Below are positions 26,951 through 36,683 of a stretch of DNA of 64,000 nucleotides, one piece after another. Positions within the stretch are counted from its first letter, which is position 1. Each line of letters opens with the position of its first letter. The translations under genes were made by a program, and so were the position numbers. Source of the stretch: a virus (lineage: Duplodnaviria > Caudoviricetes); IMG/VR virus record IMGVR_UViG_3300021387_000648, positions 82,459-146,458 of that record; one strand, 5' to 3'. The notes under the pieces are model-generated. The model was given only the letters and a program-made list of their open reading frames with translations. It did no database searches and was not told the origin of the DNA.

Positions 26951-29900
26951 TTGCATAAGATCGGCTACATCACTGCAGAGCTGAGCCTGCTGTGCCAAGA
27001 GTATAAGACCGCTGAGGAGCCGAAGGCGTCCAAGTTGGGCGAGGAGATCCGGAAACTGGTAGAGTCCCTGACAGAGAGCTTTGATCAGGTTCGTAATGAC
27101 GGCGTGTTTTTCGCAGGTGACTTGGACGACCATCACCACGAATACGAAACCATCTATCCGGGCGATGAGCGCAAAGAGCACGATGACGCAGATTCCAGTG
27201 AATATGACTGGGTCACGATCAAAGGTACGCACGTTCCCCTTGATGATGAGGGAAACATGACCGGCGAGGTTGCCAAAAAGATCAAGGCTACCTCAAAGGG
27301 ACCGGCCAAAGCAGGACAGCGCGAACTGAATCTGAGCGACAGCACAAAGCCTAAGAGAACCGACTATGACTTGGACCCGGCAGACGGGCACCAAGAGTTC
27401 ATAAGCAAGAATGTGGACAAGCTCATGCCCATCTTTGAAGAGAAGGGCATGGACGGCGTGAAAGAAGAATGGCTCAAGGCCAGACTTCAAAACGCGACCG
27501 GAAACCTCCGACGCATCAGTGATCAGGAAACCGACGAGATCCTGCAAAACGGCATTGACAAAGGTGTCGCCAGCATGTGGATCACCGAGTATGATCCGGG
27601 CGTCAAGGAAAAGCTTGCACATCAGCTGACCAAAAACAGCGAGATACATAACGCGGCATTGAACGTTATGTATAAGAACTATCAATACCACTGCAAAGCG
27701 CAGGGCGAAGAGGATCTGCCGTTTGAAGACTTCCTCGTTACACCGGTTAAGATGTATAGAGGCGGAAGCGGCAAGGAGCACAAGAAGGCCCTTGCGTTTT
27801 CTTCTTATACGTTTGACAGAGCAGCTGCGGAAAAGTTCAAAGCCAGCAACGAAGGCCACGGAAGAGCCACTGACGACGGCGTGATTTACGAGGCGGAGAT
27901 CCGCCCGATTGACACCTTCGGCTCTTTGAACACGAGCGGCGAGATGGAGATTTTTGTCCCCGGCTTTATTGCACCGAACGGAAGATTCGATGCGGACGAA
28001 GAGTCGGAAGGTGATTCCTCATCCAAAAACCACGGCAACACCAAACTGCCTTATGGCCTGTGCAGGAAGTACGGCATTGAGGTGCAAAACGGCTGGACCC
28101 CGAGGGAAGCGTGGGAAGCGCTGGAAGGGAAAGGCGTGAGCGCTGCTGAGGAATACAAGAAACTCCGCGAGCGTGGGAAAGCAGAACAAAAAACTGTCGT
28201 TTCCCCGGAAAGACACACTGCTGCGAAGAAGTCCTGCATAGAAAAGCAGACTGAAGTAGCCCAGCAGACGAAAGAGCTTAATCGAAAGATCATCGATGCG
28301 ACGAACCGCCGAATTGATACAGAGTTTGGTCCTTTGTCACGTGCCAAAAGTGAACTTCTCCAAGCCGAACGCGGTGCCGTTGAAGCGAAAAGGAGAAAAG
28401 ACCTGATCGCAGGCAGGACCAAAGAAGAGCTTGAATCGGAAGTGGATGCTCTGTATAAACGTGTTCGCGAGGCCCAAGAGCTTAATGAAAAGCTCTACGA
28501 CAGGCCGGAACGCGGAACACCGGAACGCGAGGCATGGAACGCATGGTGCGAGCAGCACGGCGGCAGAAGCGAGATTATCAAGAAAATCGACACTGAGCTC
28601 TTATCCAAGGACGGAGCTCTTGAAAAATACAACGCTCTGAGCAATATCCTCAATAACGACTACGACCGCTACGGTCCGGACGGCGGATATAAAGAGGCCA
28701 GCAGAAAAGTACGGGGCGTCAAGAAAAAGATTGCCGGGTACGAAAAAGAGGTTCAGGACGCAGAGGCCGAGGTTGAAGAATACAAACGGCAGATTGCGGA
28801 AGCGAAAGAAAGTCTGAAGCCTGTCCGGCAGGAATACTACGATTCCGTCACGGAAAGATTTCCAACATTCGACGACTGTAAGACGGTCGAAGATATCGCG
28901 GAGCGGCTTTCTGCTGAGGGTGCCTTTGACGGGGACGACATCGTGTGCGACTTTGGACACAAGGTGTCTCTGGATACCGCAAAGGCGACAGCGAAGTCCT
29001 TTGTAGACTATATCAATAAGGTGCCTTTCATGAAAGGGCACTGCGGGCGTCTTGTGATTGAAGACATGACAGCCGAGGACGCAGGCGTCTACGGCTACTC
29101 ACAGAGAGGCAAGGGCGTCCGCCTGAATAACCGGTTCTACGGAGACGAGCAGAAGTTTGAAGAGTCTTGGCAGCGGTGCATGACGGACAAGTTCCATCCG
29201 CCCGGACTCACAAAGGAAAGTGTTGTCCAGCATGAGTATTCTCATCAGTTGGACGACTACATGTCAGATGCCTTGAAGCTCCACAGCGGTAATTTTTCCA
29301 CGCTGGTGATGAACGAGGTTATGTCCAAGCTCGGAATGAGCAGGGACGAGTGCAAGAGAGCCGTGTCCGGATACTCCGTCAACAACAAAAGCGGCGGTGA
29401 CGTCGAGTGGTTTGCGGAAGCGATGTCCGAGTATACGGGCAGCGCGAATCCGAGACCGGTTGCAGTTGCGGTCGGCGAATGCGTTATGAAATACGCCCAG
29501 CAACTTCAGACGCAGCGTCATGACGCAGCTGATGACGATGGACGGTGGGTAACCACAGAAAACGACCATCATGTGCATATCAATGAGCAGGGAATCCCGG
29601 ACAAGGGAAATCCTTATGTGCTTTCCACCATGCGCGGCGAAGGTCCAAACCCGAAAAGCAGGGAAGAGCTTGTGAGGAACCGCCTGCGGAAAAGAAGCAG
29701 ACAGGTGAAAGCCCTATTCCAGAGCCTTGAAGATGCGGAATGTGACGAAGAAGCCGCATACGATGAGAGAAACAAGGCGGACAATGCCCTTCGCCGTTTG
29801 AATCTCCAAAGGAAGATCGTTGCGAACGACAAGAAGATGCTTGAAGACCTCGGCTATGGCGAAGGCGATAAAGAGGTCATGGAGAGAGACCTTGAAGAGC

Positions 29901-31306
29901 TCAAATCCGAAATGGACAGCATTCTTCAAGGCAGGAGCAAGTGGAGCCTCCAAGACGAAGAGAAAAAATCATTTACTGAAGTCGAAGCCAAGTACAATAA
30001 GCTTGACTTTGCGATCAAGTCTTATGACGAGTGCTACGGTCCGGATGCGTTCTCTGAGGAAAAGGTGAGTCAGGCGGAGGAACACGCCGCCAAGGCCAGA
30101 CAGAGGGCCCACGATGCAACCGTGAGACGAGAGAAGGCGCACAAGGAAGCACACGCGGTTTCCGGAAAACTGGATCAGGAGCGGTTTCTTACAAGTGATG
30201 AGAGGTCATCCGCGATTCAGGAGATCCAGCATTCGTCCACATGGGACGGAATGTCCGATGAGGCAAAGGCATCTGCGTTTGAAAGCCTGCAAGGGGCGTC
30301 TGATGCGCAGCTGCTTCTGTTGCAAAAGACAGCCGGTCATGTTAGAATCATGGACGGCGAAGGAAGGGTTTCTCCCTCCGGCGCTGATTCGTTCTATTCC
30401 AAAGGAACAGGGACGATCGTGATGTCGGCAGAGGACATGCGGAAGCCAAGTATCCTGTGGCATGAATACGGTCACTATCTGGATGACCCGGATCAGAGCG
30501 ACTGCTATTCGCACAAGAAAAGAAACTTGTCCAGCGATACGGAATACAGGTCGTCTCTGTCGCAGGCCTTGTATGATGGAAGCGCGATGCACAGCAAAGA
30601 ATCCGCAGCCGATATGAATAAGCTGCTGCGGGAGTCCGGCGTCGAAGACTACACAATCGAAGAGAGTCCTTACGGGCATTATCTGATTGTGAAGAATTCC
30701 GAAGGCGGGATGATAGAAGATGCCTACGACACGGCGTTCTTCAAGATTGCGTCTGCCGTGGACAGCCAGTTCAACAAGTTCCAGTTCGCTGACAGCGAGT
30801 ACGACGACTATCTGAGGTCGATCGGCTGTCCGCTTTCCAGCGAAGAGCCAAAGTATGGCGACTACATAGAGTTCTATTATACGCCGAAGCGGAGGCTTCT
30901 CCGGGAACGTGAGAAACACAAGGGCGCAAGAGAAGAGTACAATCGTCTGCATCGAGAATACAGAGAGAAGAGAGAAGCCGCGATTGCCAAGAACCCGGAC
31001 GAGTACTACGACAAAACCCGGGAATACGAGGAGCGGTGCAGGCAGCGCGAGAAAATGATCGGTCCGGTTTCGGATATCATTTGCGGTATGTTCAACGGAC
31101 GCGGACCTTGGGTTTGCGGCGGTCACAGTTCGGATTACTATTCCAGAAGCACGGCACCATACAGCGAGGCGGTAGCCAACTACCACCAGATGCGCATGAT
31201 GGGCTGGACCGAAGGACTCAATCTCCTGAAGTCTATTGCGCCGAGTGTCCACAACAGTCTTGAAAAAGCCTATGACGAATGGCTTTGGAGGAATGTAGAC
31301 CTATGA
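26951..31306 (+). CDS. polyvalent putative effector: ART-like domain plus two zincin domains
   Basis: Modules start after HDDAD/RFDAD/RHDAAD; MYRG..FSSYT..EMEI (R-S-E ART-like); HEYSH..EWFAEA; HEYGH..SEAVANY. Confidence 0.7.
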   Translation: MHKIGYITAELSLLCQEYKTAEEPKASKLGEEIRKLVESLTESFDQVRNDGVFFAGDLDDHHHEYETIYPGDERKEHDDADSSEYDWVTIKGTHVPLDDEGNMTGEVAKKIKATSKGPAKAGQRELNLSDSTKPKRTDYDLDPADGHQEFISKNVDKLMPIFEEKGMDGVKEEWLKARLQNATGNLRRISDQETDEILQNGIDKGVASMWITEYDPGVKEKLAHQLTKNSEIHNAALNVMYKNYQYHCKAQGEEDLPFEDFLVTPVKMYRGGSGKEHKKALAFSSYTFDRAAAEKFKASNEGHGRATDDGVIYEAEIRPIDTFGSLNTSGEMEIFVPGFIAPNGRFDADEESEGDSSSKNHGNTKLPYGLCRKYGIEVQNGWTPREAWEALEGKGVSAAEEYKKLRERGKAEQKTVVSPERHTAAKKSCIEKQTEVAQQTKELNRKIIDATNRRIDTEFGPLSRAKSELLQAERGAVEAKRRKDLIAGRTKEELESEVDALYKRVREAQELNEKLYDRPERGTPEREAWNAWCEQHGGRSEIIKKIDTELLSKDGALEKYNALSNILNNDYDRYGPDGGYKEASRKVRGVKKKIAGYEKEVQDAEAEVEEYKRQIAEAKESLKPVRQEYYDSVTERFPTFDDCKTVEDIAERLSAEGAFDGDDIVCDFGHKVSLDTAKATAKSFVDYINKVPFMKGHCGRLVIEDMTAEDAGVYGYSQRGKGVRLNNRFYGDEQKFEESWQRCMTDKFHPPGLTKESVVQHEYSHQLDDYMSDALKLHSGNFSTLVMNEVMSKLGMSRDECKRAVSGYSVNNKSGGDVEWFAEAMSEYTGSANPRPVAVAVGECVMKYAQQLQTQRHDAADDDGRWVTTENDHHVHINEQGIPDKGNPYVLSTMRGEGPNPKSREELVRNRLRKRSRQVKALFQSLEDAECDEEAAYDERNKADNALRRLNLQRKIVANDKKMLEDLGYGEGDKEVMERDLEELKSEMDSILQGRSKWSLQDEEKKSFTEVEAKYNKLDFAIKSYDECYGPDAFSEEKVSQAEEHAAKARQRAHDATVRREKAHKEAHAVSGKLDQERFLTSDERSSAIQEIQHSSTWDGMSDEAKASAFESLQGASDAQLLLLQKTAGHVRIMDGEGRVSPSGADSFYSKGTGTIVMSAEDMRKPSILWHEYGHYLDDPDQSDCYSHKKRNLSSDTEYRSSLSQALYDGSAMHSKESAADMNKLLRESGVEDYTIEESPYGHYLIVKNSEGGMIEDAYDTAFFKIASAVDSQFNKFQFADSEYDDYLRSIGCPLSSEEPKYGDYIEFYYTPKRRLLREREKHKGAREEYNRLHREYREKREAAIAKNPDEYYDKTREYEERCRQREKMIGPVSDIICGMFNGRGPWVCGGHSSDYYSRSTAPYSEAVANYHQMRMMGWTEGLNLLKSIAPSVHNSLEKAYDEWLWRNVDL

Positions 31307-31626
31307 TGACAGAACAGAACGAACTAATCAAGCTGTTGAATGACGGCTTCTTTAACGATGCTGAATTCTTCCAGAAAGCCTACATCGACAAAAAGGGCGT
31401 CATGGATATGGACGGCGTCACGAGGCTTTGGGAGTCTTTCCGTGGCAGAAAGTACACGATGAAGTACTATATGGTCCACGGGAACACGATCCCAACCTGG
31501 GGAGTACCAAGCAGGTACAGAGACCCCGACGAAGCAGAAAAGGTTTACAAAGCCTGCCTTGAAGAAGGCGTAACTTGGCAGGAGAAGCTTAACTACAAGC
31601 CTCCGAAGTCAAACGAGGTTTGGTAA
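31303..31626 (+). CDS. hypothetical protein, putative immunity partner
   Basis: ATGA overlap with the upstream stop, GGAGG RBS. Confidence 0.65.
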   Translation: MMTEQNELIKLLNDGFFNDAEFFQKAYIDKKGVMDMDGVTRLWESFRGRKYTMKYYMVHGNTIPTWGVPSRYRDPDEAEKVYKACLEEGVTWQEKLNYKPPKSNEVW

Positions 31627-31645
31627 ACCGCATAATATTGTGAAG

Positions 31646-31676
31646 AAGCACTGAGCAAAAAGCTCGGTGCTTTTTT
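31646..31676 (+). terminator. intrinsic terminator
   Basis: AAGCACTGAGC-AAAAA-GCTCGGTGCTT plus T tract. Confidence 0.8.
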
Positions 31677-31744
31677 AATACCCGCGAGATGCTTAAAAGC
31701 ATTTTGCGAAAGCTGCACTGTTTCTTGGAAGGAGAGATGCAGAG

Positions 31745-33316
31745 ATGATACTTCACGGAGTCGTGCGCTACGACAGCATGCCCATGCCGAGAGCGTACTT
31801 CACCCCCGAAGGTTACCTGAAGGACAGGCCGATTCTGACCTCCTGCGGAATCTTCGAGTATACAAATCCTGACGGGAGCGTCAGGCGGGAGCTTCGGCTT
31901 CCGGAGGATGTTTTTTCTCCTGAAAGCCTGAGAAGTTACATCGGAAAGCCTGTTGTTCTGACTCATGAAGCGGGGCTGATTGACAAGAACAACGTGGCTG
32001 AGAATCAGATTGGAACTATTCTCAGCGAGGGAGAGCGAAGTGGCAATGACGTCAAGGCCGAGATCATCATCCATGACACGGACGCTATGAAGTCTGCTGG
32101 GCTGAAAGAGCTGAGTCTTGGATATAACCTCGATTTGGATGAAACGCCCGGCGTCTGGAATGGTCAACGCTACGACGCTGTTCAGAAGAACATCCGCATT
32201 AACCACCTTGCTCTTGTTCGCGAGGCGCGAGCAGGAGAACAGGCGCGGCTGAATCTTGACAGCCGCGACCAAGTAAATTTGCTCAAAGGGGGAAAAAGAA
32301 TGAGCAAGAAAACCAAGCGCGTTCCTCACGCTGATGCCGTTCTTACTGACGAAGAGCTGGATAAGGCGCTTGAGGAGTACGACAAGAAGTACGGAAAGAC
32401 CGAACCCGCCGCCCAGACCGACGCAGACGATGAAGAGGTTGTCAAAACCGAAGAAGTCGTCGAGCAGCCCGCCCCGTCTGATGACGTGGAAGCAACGGTC
32501 GAGGCAGTCAAAGCACGCCGCGACAAGCGCGACGAAGAGGGAGATCCGGAAGACGTCGATGCTGCAATGGGCATGATTGCACATCAGGACGAAGACATCC
32601 AGACCCTTATTGATCTGGTGGACACCCTCCGTGCCCGTCTGGACATGACCAAAGCCGCCAATTCCGACGAGGAAGAAGTCCCGGCTGAGGAAGAGCCCAC
32701 CGAGGAAGTTCCCGAGGAAGAAGTCAAAGCGGACGAAGTCGACGACCTCGAAACCCTGAAAGGCAACGAGGACGAAGACGACGTCGTCGAGGAAGAGATT
32801 CCGGAAGACGAAGAGGAAGAGCTTGTGACCGACGCCGACGAGGACGAAGAGGTTATCCCCGAAGACGAGGAAAACCCTGACGAGGACGACACCGTGGACA
32901 AGGAAGAAGAGGAAGATCTGTTCGCCGAAGACGGCGAGGATTGCGAAGACTACACCGGCAAGCGTATGAACGCCGACTCGGTGGAGCGTCTGGTCAACAT
33001 GAAGATCGCCCTTGGCGAACTCGGTGACAGAGTCGGAATCAAGGGTCTGGCCCGCAAGCCGGTCCGTGACGCGAAGATCGCAATTATCCGTGCAGCAGGT
33101 CTTAAGACCCGCATGGACGGAAAGAGCGACCGTTACGTCAACGAGGCCTTTGGTCTTGCCCGCGACGTGATCAAGGCCCGCAGCCGCAAGACCACTGCGG
33201 ACCAGAAGAGACAGATGTACAACAAGAAAACTGCACACATGGACTCTGTTGACGGCGGATCTGCCTTCGAAGCCCGCGAGCGCATGATCGCCAAATACAA
33301 CAAGGGTCGCAAGTAA
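31745..33316 (+). CDS. DUF2213 prohead protease/scaffold protein
   Basis: TPEGYL, ELRLPEDVF, LTH, KELSLGY, NHLALVREARAG; long acidic scaffold tail. Confidence 0.88.
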   Translation: MILHGVVRYDSMPMPRAYFTPEGYLKDRPILTSCGIFEYTNPDGSVRRELRLPEDVFSPESLRSYIGKPVVLTHEAGLIDKNNVAENQIGTILSEGERSGNDVKAEIIIHDTDAMKSAGLKELSLGYNLDLDETPGVWNGQRYDAVQKNIRINHLALVREARAGEQARLNLDSRDQVNLLKGGKRMSKKTKRVPHADAVLTDEELDKALEEYDKKYGKTEPAAQTDADDEEVVKTEEVVEQPAPSDDVEATVEAVKARRDKRDEEGDPEDVDAAMGMIAHQDEDIQTLIDLVDTLRARLDMTKAANSDEEEVPAEEEPTEEVPEEEVKADEVDDLETLKGNEDEDDVVEEEIPEDEEEELVTDADEDEEVIPEDEENPDEDDTVDKEEEEDLFAEDGEDCEDYTGKRMNADSVERLVNMKIALGELGDRVGIKGLARKPVRDAKIAIIRAAGLKTRMDGKSDRYVNEAFGLARDVIKARSRKTTADQKRQMYNKKTAHMDSVDGGSAFEARERMIAKYNKGRK

Positions 33317-33336
33317 TTAATAGGGAGGATATCCAA

Positions 33337-33825
33337 ATGAGTGCACAGACTGTTTATCGCTTCACTACCCCTGTCGGTCAGGCCGGTGGCATTTACGACC
33401 TGGCCCCGTATGAGGTCAACTCTTTCATGAATGAATCTGCTGACGGCGCTCTGAAGTTCGGCATGGGCGTCGTGCAGGGTGCCAATCCCGGTAAGGGCAT
33501 TGCCGTTCCTACTTCCACTGCCACTGCCGCCAAGTTCGAGGGCATTGTCACCAACCGCCGCACTTCCGAAAATGCCATGTTCGGCGGCGTCGAGCTGAAT
33601 CAGCACATCACCGTTGGCGTTATGCGCTATGGCCGCATCTGGGGCCTGCTTGCCGCAAACGAGACTCCGGCTTACGGTGATCCCGTGTATCTGGTCGTCT
33701 CCGGCAATGACGCCGGTTGCTTTGCAAAGACCAGCACCAACAACGTTGCTGTGAAGGGCGTGTTCCTCAGTGGCGCTCAGGACGGCATTGCGCTGATCGA
33801 GCTCTTCCACCAGGCTCAGGCGTAA
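33337..33825 (+). CDS. capsid cement/decoration protein
   Basis: Between scaffold and major capsid; FGMGVVQG, VMRYGRIW. Confidence 0.75.
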   Translation: MSAQTVYRFTTPVGQAGGIYDLAPYEVNSFMNESADGALKFGMGVVQGANPGKGIAVPTSTATAAKFEGIVTNRRTSENAMFGGVELNQHITVGVMRYGRIWGLLAANETPAYGDPVYLVVSGNDAGCFAKTSTNNVAVKGVFLSGAQDGIALIELFHQAQA

Positions 33826-33854
33826 TCCGAGAATTGACAGGAGGATAATGGATC

Positions 33855-34892
33855 ATGAAAAAGACTCACAACAAGTACGACCGTTTTGAGGTCGATACCA
33901 TCAAGCGCTCCGCAATCCCTGCGTCGCTGCTCCAGATTCAAGGTCTCGCTCGTTTCGACAGCGCAGACGCCGCTTCCATCTGGTTTGCCCGCGAACTTGA
34001 CTATGTCAAGAGCGAAGCCTACGAAGCCGAATACCCCGAGCTGATGGCCTATCAGCTCTTCCCGATCGACACCGAGGCGGATGCTGGTGCAGAAACCATC
34101 ACCTACTACGTGTACGATAAGGAAGGCACTGCGAAGGTCATTGACAACTATAGCACTGACCTTCCCCGTGCTGATGCCTTCGGTAAGGCCAACACCGCGC
34201 AAGTGAAGTCCATCGGCAGCAGCTATGGCTACAGCGCTCAGGAAATGCGTGCTTCCCGTATGGCAGACAAGCACCTCGATGCCCGCAAGGCTGACAGTGC
34301 CCACTACCAGATCGATGCCGAGATCAACCGCATTGCATGGGCTGGCGATCCCGGCCACAACCTGCTTGGCATTCTGTCCGTTGGTCAGAATATCCCGACC
34401 TACACCATCACCGCTGGCGGCACCACCGGCCAGACCTCTTGGCTGAAAAAGGATGCTGATGAGATCCTTCAGGACCTCATGAACATGTATTCTCAGGTCT
34501 CCAAGACCACCAAGAACATCGAGCGTCCGGATACGCTGGTCCTGCCGACCAACATTCACACCGCCCTGTCCATGAAGCGTGTCGGCGATACCGCCGATAC
34601 CGTTCTGACCTTCATTCAGCGCAACGCTCCGTGGCTGAAGAAGATCGAGATGGCGGCTGAGCTGAACGACGACGAAACCAGCACCAACCCCTATGCCGCT
34701 GCGTCCAACGGCTCCGGCGTTGCTCTCCTGTACACCAACAACAAGAAGAAGCTCGCGCTTCACAATCCGATGCCCTTCATTCAGTACCCGGTGCAGGTCC
34801 GCAACCTCGAAACGCTCGTTCCCTGCGAAGCTCGTACCGCAGGCATGATCATTCCTTACCCGATGTCCGCGCTGATTGCGATCGGCGTGTAA
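33855..34892 (+). CDS. major capsid protein (DUF2184/encapsulin-like HK97 fold)
   Basis: FARELDYV, DLPRAD, YGYSAQE, IAWAGD, PDTLVLP, IIPYPM. Confidence 0.92.
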   Translation: MKKTHNKYDRFEVDTIKRSAIPASLLQIQGLARFDSADAASIWFARELDYVKSEAYEAEYPELMAYQLFPIDTEADAGAETITYYVYDKEGTAKVIDNYSTDLPRADAFGKANTAQVKSIGSSYGYSAQEMRASRMADKHLDARKADSAHYQIDAEINRIAWAGDPGHNLLGILSVGQNIPTYTITAGGTTGQTSWLKKDADEILQDLMNMYSQVSKTTKNIERPDTLVLPTNIHTALSMKRVGDTADTVLTFIQRNAPWLKKIEMAAELNDDETSTNPYAAASNGSGVALLYTNNKKKLALHNPMPFIQYPVQVRNLETLVPCEARTAGMIIPYPMSALIAIGV

Positions 34893-34911
34893 TCGGCACA
34901 GAGTAACCGCA

Positions 34912-34947
34912 AGGGGCTTCTCCACCACAGGAGAGGCCCCTGTTTTT
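34912..34947 (+). terminator. intrinsic terminator after the major capsid gene
   Basis: AGGGGCTTCTCC-ACCACA-GGAGAGGCCCCT plus T tract. Confidence 0.85.
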
Positions 34948-34979
34948 CTACAGACTTTTTAGAAGGAGAGACGAAACAA

Positions 34980-35318
34980 ATGATCATTACCAACACTACT
35001 GATAGAGCAGGAAACGCCCCGAAAGTGATCGGCTTTGGAAGCAGGCTCTTTGCCCAGCCCGGTGAAACCATCCACATTCCCGACCGCATCGCCTACTGCG
35101 ACGAGTATGACGAAGACGGCAACAAGACCGGCAGAAAAGTCATTCTTCCCGGCATTCTGGCGCAGGCCAAGCTCGGCATGCTGACCTACGAAGAGACCAA
35201 GGCCGCAAAGGCTGAGCCCGTCAAGGAAGAGGCTCCTGCCGAAGAGGCTGCTGCTGATGCTGCGGCAGAACCGGAGAAGAAGCCCGCACGCGGAGGCCGG
35301 AACAAGAAGGCTGAGTAA
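34980..35318 (+). CDS. hypothetical virion-associated protein
   Basis: AAGGAG RBS, highly expressed-type codon usage, A/E/K-rich tail. Confidence 0.7.
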   Translation: MIITNTTDRAGNAPKVIGFGSRLFAQPGETIHIPDRIAYCDEYDEDGNKTGRKVILPGILAQAKLGMLTYEETKAAKAEPVKEEAPAEEAAADAAAEPEKKPARGGRNKKAE

Positions 35319-35330
35319 AGGAGAACGTCC

Positions 35331-35765
35331 ATGACTGCATTCACCGAAGAGGAATACACGAAGTTAATAACGATGATCAAAACCATCGGCGGCGGTGAGT
35401 TTAACTCCATGTCCGAAGAAGATTTGAGGTTCTGGATTGACTTTGTGCAGCCGATGGTGAGCAGAAAGCAGTTTGGAAACCTTTACTATCAGGCGATTAC
35501 TCTGATGATCTGCCACAAGCTGAAAATGGCCGGATTCGGTGAAAACACACTCGGCGACCTTGGAAAGATCGGAAACGCCTATGCAGCGTCCAGTGTGTCT
35601 GACGGCGGAAGCTCTATCAGCTTTGCAAGCGCCGGTCCGGGCAACCTGCAAGTGGATGCGGAATACACCATGACGATCTACGGCACGCAATTCCTGCAAC
35701 TGAGACGCATGGCGATTGTTCCGATCCACGTCTCCGGAGAGGAGAACTTCTATGGCAGGGTTTGA
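35331..35765 (+). CDS. head-tail adaptor (DUF4054-like)
   Basis: CH.L..., [18 protein letters not shown]. Confidence 0.75.
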   Translation: MTAFTEEEYTKLITMIKTIGGGEFNSMSEEDLRFWIDFVQPMVSRKQFGNLYYQAITLMICHKLKMAGFGENTLGDLGKIGNAYAASSVSDGGSSISFASAGPGNLQVDAEYTMTIYGTQFLQLRRMAIVPIHVSGEENFYGRV

Positions 35766-36264
35766 GGCAATCTACAAACAGACGGTAACGCTGTTCAATC
35801 GTGTTCCGATAGCCCATGACAGCGGAGAATTCATCTGGTACCCGACTGTGCTGGAAGGTGTGCACCTTGTCACGGACGAGTCCGCATCGTGGAACAACAA
35901 CGGCGGTATGAAAAACGACAATGTGCGGCTGCATATCCGGTATCTGGTGTCCGGGACCGACGCGCTGATCAAGTGCAGAAACCCGGGTGAAACAGAGGTT
36001 GTGCAGAAGAAGTACTATCTGCCGAAAGAGTACCGGCGTCTGCTGGCTCCGGAAGAGGCTATCACCTTCCAGTTTGGGAACAAGTACTACGACTTCTTCA
36101 TAGAGGGCGAGCTTGACGAGGATTTTCCCGTTCCAATCAGTGATGTGTCCTTTACAAGGCAAGGATTTCTGGACTACATGAACACGCGATACGACCATGT
36201 GTTCGTGATTACGTCAGTATCCCGATACAATCTGATCCCGCATTTCGAGATCATGGCGAGGTGA
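35752..36264 (+). CDS. head closure/neck protein
   Basis: TVTLFN...V.L...IPHFEI pattern and position. Confidence 0.6.
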   Translation: MAGFEAIYKQTVTLFNRVPIAHDSGEFIWYPTVLEGVHLVTDESASWNNNGGMKNDNVRLHIRYLVSGTDALIKCRNPGETEVVQKKYYLPKEYRRLLAPEEAITFQFGNKYYDFFIEGELDEDFPVPISDVSFTRQGFLDYMNTRYDHVFVITSVSRYNLIPHFEIMAR

Positions 36265-36683
36265 TAAGCATGGCGATTTTAGGACCGACTTTCAAAGACC
36301 TTACGATGAAAGACCAGTTCATGACCTGCAACATTCACTTCGCGAGATTCAACGGAAACTTCCGGCGTGCTCAAATCTGGTTTGACAGAACGCTTGTGGA
36401 AAAGATGCAGCCCTTTGTACCACGTAAAACCGGCGAATACCTGAGAAAGATCAATCAGGAAAACGCTGGCAAGTGGGGAACCGGAAAGATCGTAACCACG
36501 GTCCCGCCTCAAGGTAAGCGGCTATATCCGGGAATCAACCCGAATACAGGGCGACCGTTCCACTGGACGAATCCGAACACGCAGCCGAGATGGGGAACTT
36601 ACACCTATGAACGCTATAAAGCTGATTTCCTCAAGGGAATCAAGCATATCATAGTCAAAGGGGAGTATCCGAAGAATGGCTGA
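36261..36683 (+). CDS. neck/minor capsid protein
   Basis: MQPFVPRKTG motif and position. Confidence 0.6.
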   Translation: MISMAILGPTFKDLTMKDQFMTCNIHFARFNGNFRRAQIWFDRTLVEKMQPFVPRKTGEYLRKINQENAGKWGTGKIVTTVPPQGKRLYPGINPNTGRPFHWTNPNTQPRWGTYTYERYKADFLKGIKHIIVKGEYPKNG

